Part shown: positions 52,712 through 64,000 of the stretch, in pieces
Position numbering within the stretch: position 1 is the first letter of the stretch
Layout: each line of letters begins with the position of its first letter
Assembly: GCA_030248215.1 (NCBI GenBank)
Contig: JASANG010002792.1
Coordinates: 310,001 to 374,000, forward strand
Direction of reading: 5' to 3'
DNA from: Enoplolaimus lenunculus
Lineage: Eukaryota
Length of the DNA stretch: 64,000 bases
Translations under genes and position numbers: made by a program
Notes under the pieces: model-generated
The model's database searches: none
The model's input: the letters and a program-made list of their open reading frames with translations, nothing else
Told to the model about the DNA's origin: nothing

Positions 52712-55562
52712 TTATACAATTATTTCTCGTCGCATTCGCGGAGCAACAGCAATACGCTTTTTATCGGAACTTTCCAGATGATTCTGATTGTTGTCAAAGT
52801 TGTTTCCATATTCACCCGATATATTGTTTAAATTACCAATGTTAGATTCAGCTAAATTACCAAATTTCGAATTAAAATTTTTCATTCGGCAAACGCAATA
52901 TTTTTCACGTTCATAACTAGGCGACCCACACGAGCAACGCGTTTTATTAGAAGCAATACTTGTTGCAGTTGTTGCACTGCCACTGCTAGAGTCTGATTGA
53001 CCTGTGCCTCGTCGTGTATCTAGGTTGCGTATTCCGGATTGAGGTTTTGCTTGAAATTTAGTGGCCGAGCCAAAAGGAAAATGTTGAGAGTGTAGCGTTT
53101 TTATTGGATGATTTACTAGTCGTTGCGGCCTGAAATCTGGTTTACATAAGTAATCGGAGCTTTCATTCCAATAATCAACCGAATGTTCCGATGTCCGATA
53201 TGCCCTCAATTCTTTTGTTTGGCGCAATTTAGTTTGGCTGCAATTCATGTTTGGTTGCATAGCAACTGAGTCCTTATTTTGGTAAGTCGGAGACGGAATA
53301 TGCGAAACGACCTGATTTGCCGGAAACGAAATTGCTTTAGAAGTTTCGTGACAATTCCCGATGTTGTCTGAGGTGTTGGTGTAGCAGCCTGTCGACCGAC
53401 TAAGGCCATCACGAACTGCGCGAGTTAAATTAGTCGAGCCGGATAAGAACCCGTTTTCGTTGTGTTGCCAGCGCGAAGGGCGGGCTAGGTGCGAATTTGA
53501 AGAAGTTTGTTGTTTTTCAACTTTTTCTCTGATATCGCAATTTGATCTGCTGTAACCATAGTAATCGCTGACATTACTAGAAAATTTGTATTTATTGCTG
53601 GAAGTGAACCTCGCCGCTTCTCCAATTGGTTGTTGACATTGAGCGTAACTTGGTTTTCCACCAGCACATCTCGGTTCATTTTTGACGTAACTATCAAGAT
53701 TAGGATTCGACCTAGCTAAGTATTTAGTTTGATCGTCCTTACTTAATATGGGATCTAAATTATCGAATATGTGCTCCAGCGATTCTCGTCGAAACGATCG
53801 GCGGCAGCCAGCGTTGGTATTTGATTTTTGTTGCGCGATTTCAAATTGCTTCTCTGTACTACGTAATTGTTCGCCAGCGTAGTTTCTGCTTAGATCCAAA
53901 TTGCTGTTCCAGTTGAATTGCTTTGTGTCCCGCAAACCTTCATACTTATCTCTGTATTCATTGTAAATATTATCACCACGTTCAACGTTTTGACTGTTTG
54001 AAATAGATCCACTGACTGTTCGAATACCATTTAAACCAGTTGCAAATGTACGTTCACTCTGAGGCATAATATTTGTATGCGATATTGTATATGAAGTTTT
54101 TCTGTGATTGATATTTGTTGTGGCTTTAGAAAGGAGTCGATATTCAGCTACGACAACTGCTAACGAGTATACATTGATCAACGATGCGAGAGTTTCAAGA
54201 AACGTGAGATACTTCCAGTACAGTTTGGCACTGTAACTCCACCAAATTGCGCACCAGCCTGAAAGTTGCAAAGTTCAAATGTGAACACCGCTTTATCAAA
54301 CATTGATACAGCAAAATCTGTGAAGTCAGTGTGAATTATTTAATTTTACAGAATTTCGAATGGATATATATGGAAATACACATGACACCTTTATTCAGTA
54401 AAGATTACAAACAACACAGGCAGCAAACTGCTCATATGACCGAACTTGCGTATACTGCGTTCCATGCACATGACCATAGTTATGATAGTCGGGTTCACCC
54501 CCAATTCGGTCCGTTGCTCCCCCCATTAAAATCTTTCACAGCACTAAACTTCGTAGTCCGCGAAAAAATTTTTAGTCTGCCAAGGTGGGGCCCCCTATGG
54601 TCGGACCCCCTCAATTGGTGGTTTTGGCGGGTATCCTTTGCCGGCACTGTCCACGCAAGAATCACTTTAAATATATGGAGTTTAAAATAGAATTACCAAT
54701 ACTAGCAGCAATGTTCATAGTCATTATTGGAAGCCATGGCCAAAGCATGTAACATTTTCGAAACGCGATTCCAGCAAACAATGCAACCGATGCTGCAAGA
54801 AGCATGCAATCAGTTGAAATGTGAAAGAACTGGATGAAGAACAATGATGTTTGAAATAGTTCTGCTCGATGTTGGTACAAAAGTTCCTGAAATGAGACAT
54901 ATATGATTTAGCCACATGGCGTACTCAAGAGGGTATTACATGTACTACCACTCTACTTGGAGTATTAATTGAAAACAAGCTTTACATGGTTTAATTAACT
55001 CTTACTGTTTCCTAGTAGTTTTATCTTTTCTTTTCTATGCTTGGTCGTAAATTATACAGGCAGAAGAATTCCCTAATAACATGAAACTCTCTCTTTTCCG
55101 CTTACTCCTCTCACGGAGTATCTATTCACAGGCGCACTGTGAGAGACTGTCCATGATATCCCAGGTATTTGCTGTTGATTAGTGCTCAAAGTTATAAAAA
55201 CACGAATTTCTTTAAATTCTTGGCCAACTTTACATATTAAACCGACAAACAATGCGAATTATATGAATTACTTGAATCCTCTAAACCTAGCTAGACTTTT
55301 ATTAAACGTTATATAGAAACGTTTTCATAATTATATACAGTTTTGTAAAACATTTTGCCAAATTTAGAATTTTAAAATATTGCCGTGTCCAGTTTACCGG
55401 TTGATCGACAAAACCGATAACACTAATGACATCTGTTTGCCATGAAAACAAAGCAATTTGTGCAATCGCATATACGATGCACCAGGATGCAGTAAAACGC
55501 GCAGCGCCATGCGTAGTATCGAAACACGGGCACGGATTGCACATTTGAGTATTTTCGTTCAT
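52712..55562 (-). CDS. Second four-TM paralogue with a long Ser/Asn-rich disordered tail; 4 coding exons
   Basis: Exons 55562-55398, 55171-55106, 54886-54697 and 54258-52712 are all GT-AG and phase-consistent. It shares CNPC.C, F.WQT, IQ..H...D...L.ASVAL..G, WPW, WW and IN.Y...VV with the 43026 gene. The protein ends RREIIV*. Confidence 0.82.
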
Positions 55563-55619
55563 ATTTTATTAATGATATACGGTAATGAATGCTAATTATT
55601 TGCTGCAACATTAAGAATA

Positions 55620-56063
55620 CTGTAGTGACCCGAATAAGAGGGTGTGGGATAATAAGAGGGGGTCCCAATTTTGAGTCCCAATCAATAGGAGTCCGTATCC
55701 CTAATAAGAGTCCGTAAGCGGATTGAGTCCCTAAAACCTTATTAGAGTCCATGAATGTCAGTTATCCCTAATTGTGCGCAAAAATCTCTCCAGGACCAAG
55801 TAAATTGAATCCGAAACTTTAAAGCGTACTTAAATTTTGAAAGTACATTCCTAAGTATAACCTTGCATTATCGCTCAAGCTATTGACACAAGACAAAATA
55901 TACGTTTAATTCAACGGTCAGTTGCAGTTACCGGATATATCAGTAACGAAGGGTGACGGAGCGTGGGTTAAAAATAAATAACAGTTCGTAACCGATTAAC
56001 AAGGGGGTACCCTCTGGAGAGGTCAAATAAATATCAGTACCCCTCTTATTCGGGCCACTACAG
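55620..56063. mobile_element. Tc1/mariner-like MITE, same family as 50774 in inverted orientation
   Basis: TA|CTGTAGTGACCCGAATAAGAGGG ... CCCTCTTATTCGGGCCACTACAG|TA. Confidence 0.9.
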
Positions 56064-56422
56064 TAGCTCAATTAATTGAACCTAAAACCAGAGGTTGGAC
56101 CGGCGGTACCGGTCCGACCGCCGTAGTAAGCAGTCGGCACTTCCAATACAGCTGCCATAGCCGGCCGCAAACCTGTTCTTGATTGTAAATTTTTGGAAGT
56201 ACAATAAAGGTCAGCTATCGTGAATTGGTTGTTTCTTAAAATTTAGTGCGTGATTGCATTTGTTGCAGTAATGTTGCATTTGCATTGCATGGTATTTGTT
56301 TTATGGATGCCATAGTGGTTTTCGATTTAAAACGCATGTATTTTTTATAACATTTCGCGTAGATCACAACGCTTGCAACAATTTAAGTGTTGCGCTAAAC
56401 TTGTCGTTCAGCGCCGTCCGTT

Positions 56423-56750
56423 GCCATGCAGCACCGTCTGTTACCGTGCAGCACCGTCCGTCACCGTGCAGCACCGTCCATCACCGTGCAGCACCGTCCG
56501 TCACCGTGCAGCACCGTCCGTCACCGTGCAGCACCGTCCGTCACCGTGCAGCACCGTCCGTCACCGTGCAGCACCGTCCGTCACCGTGCAGCACCGTCCG
56601 TCACCGTGCAGCACCGTCCGTCACCGTGCAGCACCGTCCGTCACCGTGCAGCACCGTCCGTCACCGTGCAGCACCGTCCATCACCGTGCAGCACCGTCCG
56701 TCACCGTGCAGCACCGTCCGTCACCGTGCAGCACCGTCCGTCACCGTGCG
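56423..56750. repeat. 20-bp GC-rich minisatellite (CACCGTGCAGCACCGTCCGT), about 16 copies
   Basis: Near-perfect tandem units. The array explains the three overlapping repetitive ORFs in the track. Confidence 0.97.
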
Positions 56751-58501
56751 TCATCGTTCGTCACTACACGGTATCGTATGAGAGACATTTGTGTTCGATA
56801 CAGCACGGTCACGAACGTTGCCGAACGGTGACGGATGACGAAGTACGGGTGACGGACGCCGCCGTCACGTTTCAGTCCCGAACCCTCATTGTAAACACTA
56901 ACGACTCTTGCTGAAGTTTTGGCCCTGAAAGTTAGCTTAATAACTTTATTTTCTAAAGCAGAACGGTGTAACGTAGATCTACTGATCCATGTAAAATTTG
57001 ACCAATCAAATCTACAATCCATGGTTGGCTTCGTGTTTATACAGAAATTATTCATCAATATACACCTTTGTATATATACATCAGTTCGCCGCAAAACGCA
57101 AATCACAAGCCAAAGTTGTCAACATATTTCCAAACGCTAATGAGACTAAGTACCACTTTCAAATATTATCTTGCACACTGAGAATAAGACAACATTTGTT
57201 TTTAAACAAAGCCTGAGCAACTTGAAGCAAAACCGCAGAAAATATCTATTCAGTTTGAACTAATCGCAGTCGCCATAACCGAAAGTATACGAAACTAAAG
57301 TTCTAGCAACGATTTTAAATACGATTTAACTTGACTGCGTTGCTACACTAATCCCGTAGCAAGCTTAAACCACTAGTGGGGCGAAATCATTTTAGCCGGG
57401 GAATGCAGTTGAAGTGACAAGCCTAGATGGTCTGATCCCCTCTTACCTTCTTCTGACTACGGGCCTGTGCTATCTATTCAGACGACGACAATCAGTTTAG
57501 GCTTAGGAATATGCTATTACTACTGCATTAACGGTGCTGTTTTATACATTGGCTCAAACCGCTAACCGTTCACAGTTTATAAAACGAAAATTTTGTGAAA
57601 TCAAGTTGAATTCCTGCAATGTTTGTTTATGTTGGTTTAAAACCAGGGCAAATCAAAACATTTAACATATCATTTTGTTGTTCATTTTACGCTTAAAAAC
57701 AATTAATTGAAGCCATATGCACTTACTATTTGGCAGTAAGCTAAATTTTAAGTGGCTATGAAACGTTGTGCTGGTGTGAAAAAAATTTTTGTCCATCGCT
57801 TATCGTGTTTAAAATGGACTCTAAGACAAATTTAGCGAAATTACCATTATTGAGTCGAGCGTTTAATAATTTAAAATACTTCAATGTGTGACCAGGTGCT
57901 ACTCGGTGCTAATGCAATGCCATTTTACAAATGAAAAATTTAAATGAAACCGAAAATGAAAACAAACTTTGAGACCGGCTTGCTTTGCAAAGTAAATACA
58001 ACCGCATGAGTCAAATATTCAATTATGTTACATTCCAGTATTAAAACCAGTCGCTTTCAAGCTGTGGCTTGAAAACCAAGAACTAAATCGTGTCATTTTG
58101 TTTAAGTTTACGATAGCAGGCGGTGAACGAATATATTTTGAGTAAAGTTTGAAATATCGACTTTTAGAGAATATGGGTTAAATTTTTGCAGGCACAACTT
58201 TACTTTGGACATTACGGCCGTGCAAATACGCCTCTCTCTCTGTAGTATTCATCGTATTGGGTGCATAGAACCTAAGGTGTTGGAATACCACCGCGGTTGC
58301 CGTCACGGACATGGGGTTTAATACGAAGATTTTTCGCCAAAATCGGCGAATGGTGAAAAAAATTTTGACGTTCCCCACCGATTCTTTTAAACATTTCGTA
58401 TATGGTTAATTAACTTAAATTTTTACTTGCAAATAAAAATTAAGCTATTAGCAGTAATATACTTTGCGACCTTAATCTAATTTTTTTTGCTTCAAATTCC
58501 T

Positions 58502-58618
58502 GGCCAATCAAAGAACAGGGTCGGAACAGTATTATAAGATTATTCCTTAGCCTTCTCTTAAGCCTAACCCTAAGCCAAGCAAAGTCTCAAACTTGCACCC
58601 CTGATCTTTACATGGGCC
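58502..58618 (-). mobile_element. TTAGGC-bearing MITE (family A), short and in reverse orientation
   Basis: GGCCAATCAAAGAACAGGG ... CCCTGATCTTTACATGGGCC with a perfect 8-bp TSD AAATTCCT. The interior reads TAAGCCTAACCCTAAGCC. Confidence 0.88.
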
Positions 58619-59889
58619 AAATTCCTAAAGCACCAAATGGCAACATGTAACAAAACTTTATATGTAACAAAACTTTATTGATACTTGTCATGGTAGTAAT
58701 AGGTATTTATATAAAAGGTCAATATTAGCTTTTTTTATCATAAATTGGTTTTTGCTGGCAATAGTTTTAAAACGTCTGTCGTGAAAACTGAAACAACGTT
58801 TTCAAAAACGTTTGACACGGTTTCATTTTTATGAAAATCTCTAAGAAACTTGGAGTATACATTTCGACGATTCTTGAACATCTCAATGGTAGCCAAACTA
58901 TTTGGAAACTTATTTTTTGCTGTTCAGTGGTTTATTTATCATGTTTCTCCAAATTTTCAGCTTTTAGTTTTCTACAAGTTTTGCAGAGATATGCTGATAA
59001 AGAGAACTTTGCTAACGTTCCTCTCTCTTGTGATATTGGTATTAATACCATAACTACGCACATTTGATCTTATTTGAAACGCAACACTTTCGTACCAGAA
59101 ACATCCGTCAATGTTGCGTGTTAATTTTATTTAAAATCAGAGAAAAAATCTGACCTACGCCCGTATTCTGAAATGTGAATAGCACCAATATCAGTTAGCA
59201 ATAGGTTTTCAAGCTGACGAACTTCTGAAATTGTTTGTCTTAAAATTGGTACAGATGTAGGACATATATAAAATACGAAAAATGTGCTGAATTTTGAACC
59301 TCACCACACGCTGATTTGAATGTTGCAAGACCTATCACCGACTGGTGAAAAGTGCTACACACATTTGAGAATACAGGTCCTGTTTAAAAACCGGAATTTC
59401 TTCCTTATTAGCTGTAGAACATTAGCGAAGAAAAACTCTGAAAACCACCAGATTGGAACTATATATACAATACTCACAGGGCAGGTTTTTTTAAAATGAC
59501 CCAATTATTAACTGTGCGTGTGGTGTGGTTATTGCACTGCGGCCTGTTTTAATCTATATTTTTCAGCTTGCTTCAAGCTGCTGTGTGTGCTCTCTCGCAG
59601 AATGCGCTCAAAAACCAATTTTAAATATTTTGCCATATTTTCAAAGCAATATCAATTCAACAACGTGAAAATTTGGTTAATATGTGCTACATTTTCAATG
59701 CTTTATAAACGAAGCTAACTTTTTCAAACAACTGCGTTCAGTTGATGTCATCGAAACCTTTCAGTTTTGCTGAGCAAATAATGACCTTTATTAAAGATGG
59801 CGCAATATTTGCAATAAACAATGCCTTTTAAAACAAAAAATTATGTATTTGATGAGGAACAAGTTATTGAACAAATAGAAACTCTGAGC

Positions 59890-60300
59890 CAAACTCCGAG
59901 TTTTGCGATAGCGTTTTATGATTTGTACTTGGGGATCGAAAGATGGATGTCCGTCTGTCTGTCTATCCGTCTGTCTTTCCGAAAAGAATCTCAAGAACCG
60001 CTGAACCGATTTTAATACACTTTTTTGTTTGAAAGGTTATTGCCCTGGGGTGCTAACCTCGCATTAGTGTTTTAAAATTTAGGTCATTTATTAGCTACAG
60101 CCTAATTTGCCTAAATGATTAAGCCTAAATTAGGCCTTTTACTGTATTTCACTAATAATTAGGGTTACAAGCAATCTAACTTCAGTACTAAAGGGTTTTG
60201 GGGTACGAGAAATCAGAATAAATTGTTTACAATCCTCAATCATTGATAATTGAATAGTTGGCTAATAGCTAATTTGCATATTAGAATACATGCTCTATTC
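59890..60300 (+). mobile_element. Possible Helitron/Helentron (DINE-1-like) non-autonomous repeat
   Basis: A GTCY microsatellite (GTCCGTCTGTCTGTCTATCCGTCTGTC) is followed by ATCTCAAGAACCGCTGAACCGATTTT, a layout typical of DINE-1-like elements. The ends are not defined. Confidence 0.4.
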
Positions 60301-62150
60301 ACAAGCTGTGCAGTTTAAGTGGTTTCTTAAAATACTTTGGTCGTAAAATGTGTAGCAAGCAATAGCTATCGAAGACTAAATGCGTTTTAAAAGAGCGAAA
60401 ATTAAAACTTACATGGCACATCCAGCATTTAAGATTAATGCTTATGCTTATACTTACAACTTTTAATAAATTACTAGCCCAAAATACAAAACCATCAGTG
60501 AAAAATTCTGCCACGACCTGAAGTCGGCTATCTTCCGTAACCTGAGGCCCACCTCAGTGTACCTTGCTGAATTTTAGTAAATGTAAACCTTTAAGCCTGA
60601 ACGATCTAAATACTCCTTTAAGTTGTAAGTACTGATTTTGCAAAAAAGTTTCTAAAAGAAAATTAGCGTTTTATTGTGCTTTTAAAGGGTCACTCGCATT
60701 TCTGCTGGCTGAACCGCTAAACGCAGACCAAATTAACTCAAAATTTCCTAACATATTGTTAAGCACATATTAATTTGAAGACTGCCGAAAGCAAAAACAA
60801 GAGTCACCGCGTGATGGCAGTGACAATACGAAAACTTCAAAACTTGTATGTTTCTGTTCAAAGTACCCTTCACAATTGTCAAAGTGTTTCAATGGTACAA
60901 TCTTTCAAAACAGTGTGGTCTTCTTGGAAAAAATATATTTTCACACTCGCTAGGAAAACATCAAAAACATGGTATATACATTAGAAACCGAAAACCGAAA
61001 TTCCAACGCGGAAAATCATGCATTATAGTGACCACACAACTCGATACACAAATGTGACTGCAAAATAATTTAATTTGCGTTCACTGTGTGTGTAAATTTC
61101 AGGCTTTCATTGCCAGATGATGCCAGTTTCTTTGAAAAAATATTATTTGTTTTCAGGGCTAACTCGTAAACATTTATGATTCGATTTTGACAATTTTATC
61201 CTGGTTTGAAAGCAAAACAAATAACTTAGCCTATAGTATAGATAGCCTAAGCTCGAAACGGTTCACACTGTTAAATTTGTTTCGGATTGACGTGACATTC
61301 TCAGCCAACTTTCGTTCTAACCCTTACAAATTGAGGCCAGTAAATGATTTGACTAAGTTTTACTACGGTGTAGGCTGGGCATAGTGTAGGCTATGCCTAT
61401 TGGCCAACAAAACTAATTTTAATACTTGTGACAGTAAAAAATTATAGTTATGACGCTGAATTGGCGTATAGTGGATTTATGAAATTTAGGTTTGGTAGAC
61501 TAGGCTCAAATCCCATTGCAGTTTCTGTATACTGTAACTCAACGCAAACTGTACTACGTTAACCTTTTCCCACATGAATATTTTCTATTTGTATAAGATT
61601 TAAACTCAAACCAGAATTCGAATCGCAGCCTCTCATATGGTACTTAGGCGTTTTCGAAACAACGCATCTATGGAAGCTTGATGCTCAATCCACAGGGGGC
61701 TCGCATATCTTGTGGTAATTTTGTACTGCGCATATGCGTTGTAATGATCAAACACTGCGCAGTTCACAAATGCAGTTTGCGCTAAGTTCGGCGCAGTATA
61801 TGCTATATATGTGAGAAGGGCCCAAACACACAATAAAAGCTTTGTTGTAGCAATGCTGCACGTATTAGTTATATATACAAAGTCTCCACAAGACGTGAAA
61901 ATCGCCTCAAACTTGACCGAGACTGCGAGGTCGAATGCTAGCTTGAAATCATCACATCTCAGATAAAAAACAGAAAACACTCATGTGAACAAGTGATTAT
62001 AAAACCATTGTTTAAACATATATTTTCATTGAAATAAGGTATTGTACAAAAGTTAATTTTTATTAAAAATGTACTGAAACAAAATTCAGATCATAATGGC
62101 TGCACGATTGAATATAGTAGCAAATTTTTTTTTCGTAGACTGTGAATGCT

Positions 62151-63524
62151 TCACTTCCCTCCACGTAATAATCCTTTGTTTCGAAGTCGATTTAGGGTAC
62201 TCCAAGCCGCTCCATACTCATCGCCACCTTGTTTTTTGAACCGCACTGCCCGTTTTACCTCTTCCATTGGCCAATTGGCAATATCCTGAAAACGAATTGT
62301 ATGTGAGATTTTGTTTTTTTGTGAGAATAGTAGAAATTGGCAAGTAACTTTAAAAATTTAACTATGCAGGTTATAAAACAGTTTTGAAAATCAATGTCGA
62401 GTTGTAAGCACGATTTCCAACCGTTTTGGACAGTCTCATTAGTTATACCTCAACCTGGGACAGCGTCGTGCATAGCGCCTCTGCGTACCACCAAGTGGGG
62501 ATGCCTCTAAAAATCGAGCGGGACGTTCAGAAAATTTAAATAAAAAATTATAAAACACCAATTCGTCTTTCACTGCTAAAATGAGTTCTTTCTTGTCGCT
62601 CATTTACTCGCAAAAAACAGTCAAAATGTTTTCATATAAAACATTTCAAAAGTTGACAGGATCTCCTCACAAACCTGAGGAACGCCACTGAATTGACCGC
62701 ACAAGTTCCTAGTTTTTACATGGACGTAAATTTTCTGTGATTTACGAGTAAAGTATAACATAAATTTTCATTTAACGAAACCAGAACCGAATACAGTTTT
62801 TGTATTACATCATATACAAGCGGAAGCATACGGTACCTGTACACCAAACCAACTGTTAGCTGTATTATAGCAAATAACGCAACTGAATACTATTTAAATT
62901 GTCGAGCATTTTGACGAAACCTTCATTTCGACCAGCTACAGAAATCGTAAAAGAGTATTAAAGATCATTGACGGCCGAAGCATTTTAGACGTTGCTGGGT
63001 AAAATAATTAATTTACCTCCGCAATAAAAGAACTATTATACATCTTAGAAATTTTGAAGTAAGACTTTCCAACAGAACAGGGTCGCAATTCGAGACAAAT
63101 TCTGAGAATTCTTTAACTGGAAACTGAAAAATACCGAATTATGAGTCGGAACCGAATAGTGAACAATATCAAATCTATTCAACAACGTGATAAACGCTTG
63201 CTGTATTTCTAGGCAGACAGCCGGCAGAACACATGTAGAACTATGAAAACACTACGCGAGCGAAGCCAGTGGATGCTGAACGTATGCCACGCTTCTAGGC
63301 AACTTGCAGGGTTGCGGCTCTCAGTATCACCCGCCTGTGAGATGGGCCCCTTCGCAATGGCTTTACATCACTTATAGATGGATTCCTGACACGCTCAGTT
63401 GCCATCCGGACAAACATATAAAGTTGTTCAAGATACGACATACCTCGTAATATGAAGCGTATGCAGTTACCACCGTTGACGCAAGCATAAACGCAAAAAT
63501 TGTTGCGATAGCAAATTTTGTCAT
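62151..63524 (-). CDS. 71-aa secreted peptide precursor (neuropeptide-like), 2 exons
   Basis: Exon 63524-63444 (MTKFAIATIFAFMLASTVVTAYASYYE|GTATGT) joins exon 62285-62151 (TTTCAG|DIANWPMEEVKRAVRFKKQGGDEYGAAWSTLNRLRNKGLLRGGK*) in phase 0. AATAAA lies on the minus strand at about 62059-62064. Confidence 0.82.
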
Positions 63525-64000
63525 AATTATATACTTCAGGTGTAAAGTATAAGTAATTATTATCAATTTGGTTATGCAATCATCTTAAAAAATTTTGCAT
63601 ATTTAAAGTTTTCATGACTTCTTCTAATCATTCCACGCCCAAATTTGAATTTGTAAAAAGTCGATTTTTTAAAATCCAATTCCCCCCAATTTGGTTATGG
63701 AACGATCTAGAGCGGCTGTGAGAAGCTCAAATATGTAAAAAAATTTCAAAATCCAACCGTTTTGGTCCAAACGCCGGCTGCAGCGATAACCAAAAAGACC
63801 CAAATGAAGCTCATTTGCCGCAGCTATACGAATTTAAACTGTAATATAATCATTAGAAAAATTACTCATGTTTCCAAATCATGAAAACAGAATAAGCTAT
63901 ATCCCAGCAATCGGAATAGGGTCAAAAAGTAATGATCATAAAAGTTAATTTCGTAATTAGCCAACCAGGTAACCACGCTATCGAACACTCTTAATCCACT

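Noticed and set aside
56296..56914. Three overlapping repetitive ORFs
   Set aside because: A by-product of a stop-free 20-bp minisatellite.
61633..61980. 115-aa ORF
   Set aside because: Non-ATG start, no recognisable motif or splice support, and it lies just past the poly(A) signal of the peptide gene.

Overview
AT-rich, intron- and transposon-rich animal DNA. It is most likely a nematode (inference from interstitial TTAGGC telomere-type repeats and TTTCAG/TTTTAG acceptors), and it uses the standard genetic code. Six protein-coding genes could be reconstructed by hand. (1) The 5' part of WDFY3/Alfy (- strand, 19 exons in the window, two GC-AG introns). (2) An intronless PMF1/Nnf1 kinetochore gene (+). 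(3) A secreted Asn/Thr-rich mucin/proteoglycan-like protein with a C-terminal 6-Cys ShK-like module (-). (4, 5) Two tandem paralogous four-TM proteins with long disordered tails (-). (6) A two-exon 71-aa secreted precursor with the hallmarks of a neuropeptide, which the ORF track does not show as a whole (-). Introns and intergenic DNA are packed with non-autonomous DNA transposons (8-bp-TSD and TA-TSD families, often nested), one decayed RNase H-bearing non-LTR retrotransposon and several minisatellites. The most interesting signals are the candidate pyroGlu/amidated peptide, three MITE families with different TIRs that all carry internal TTAGGC tracts, and a clustered repeat with an internal tRNA-like cassette. 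All calls come from reading the sequence; no searches were run.
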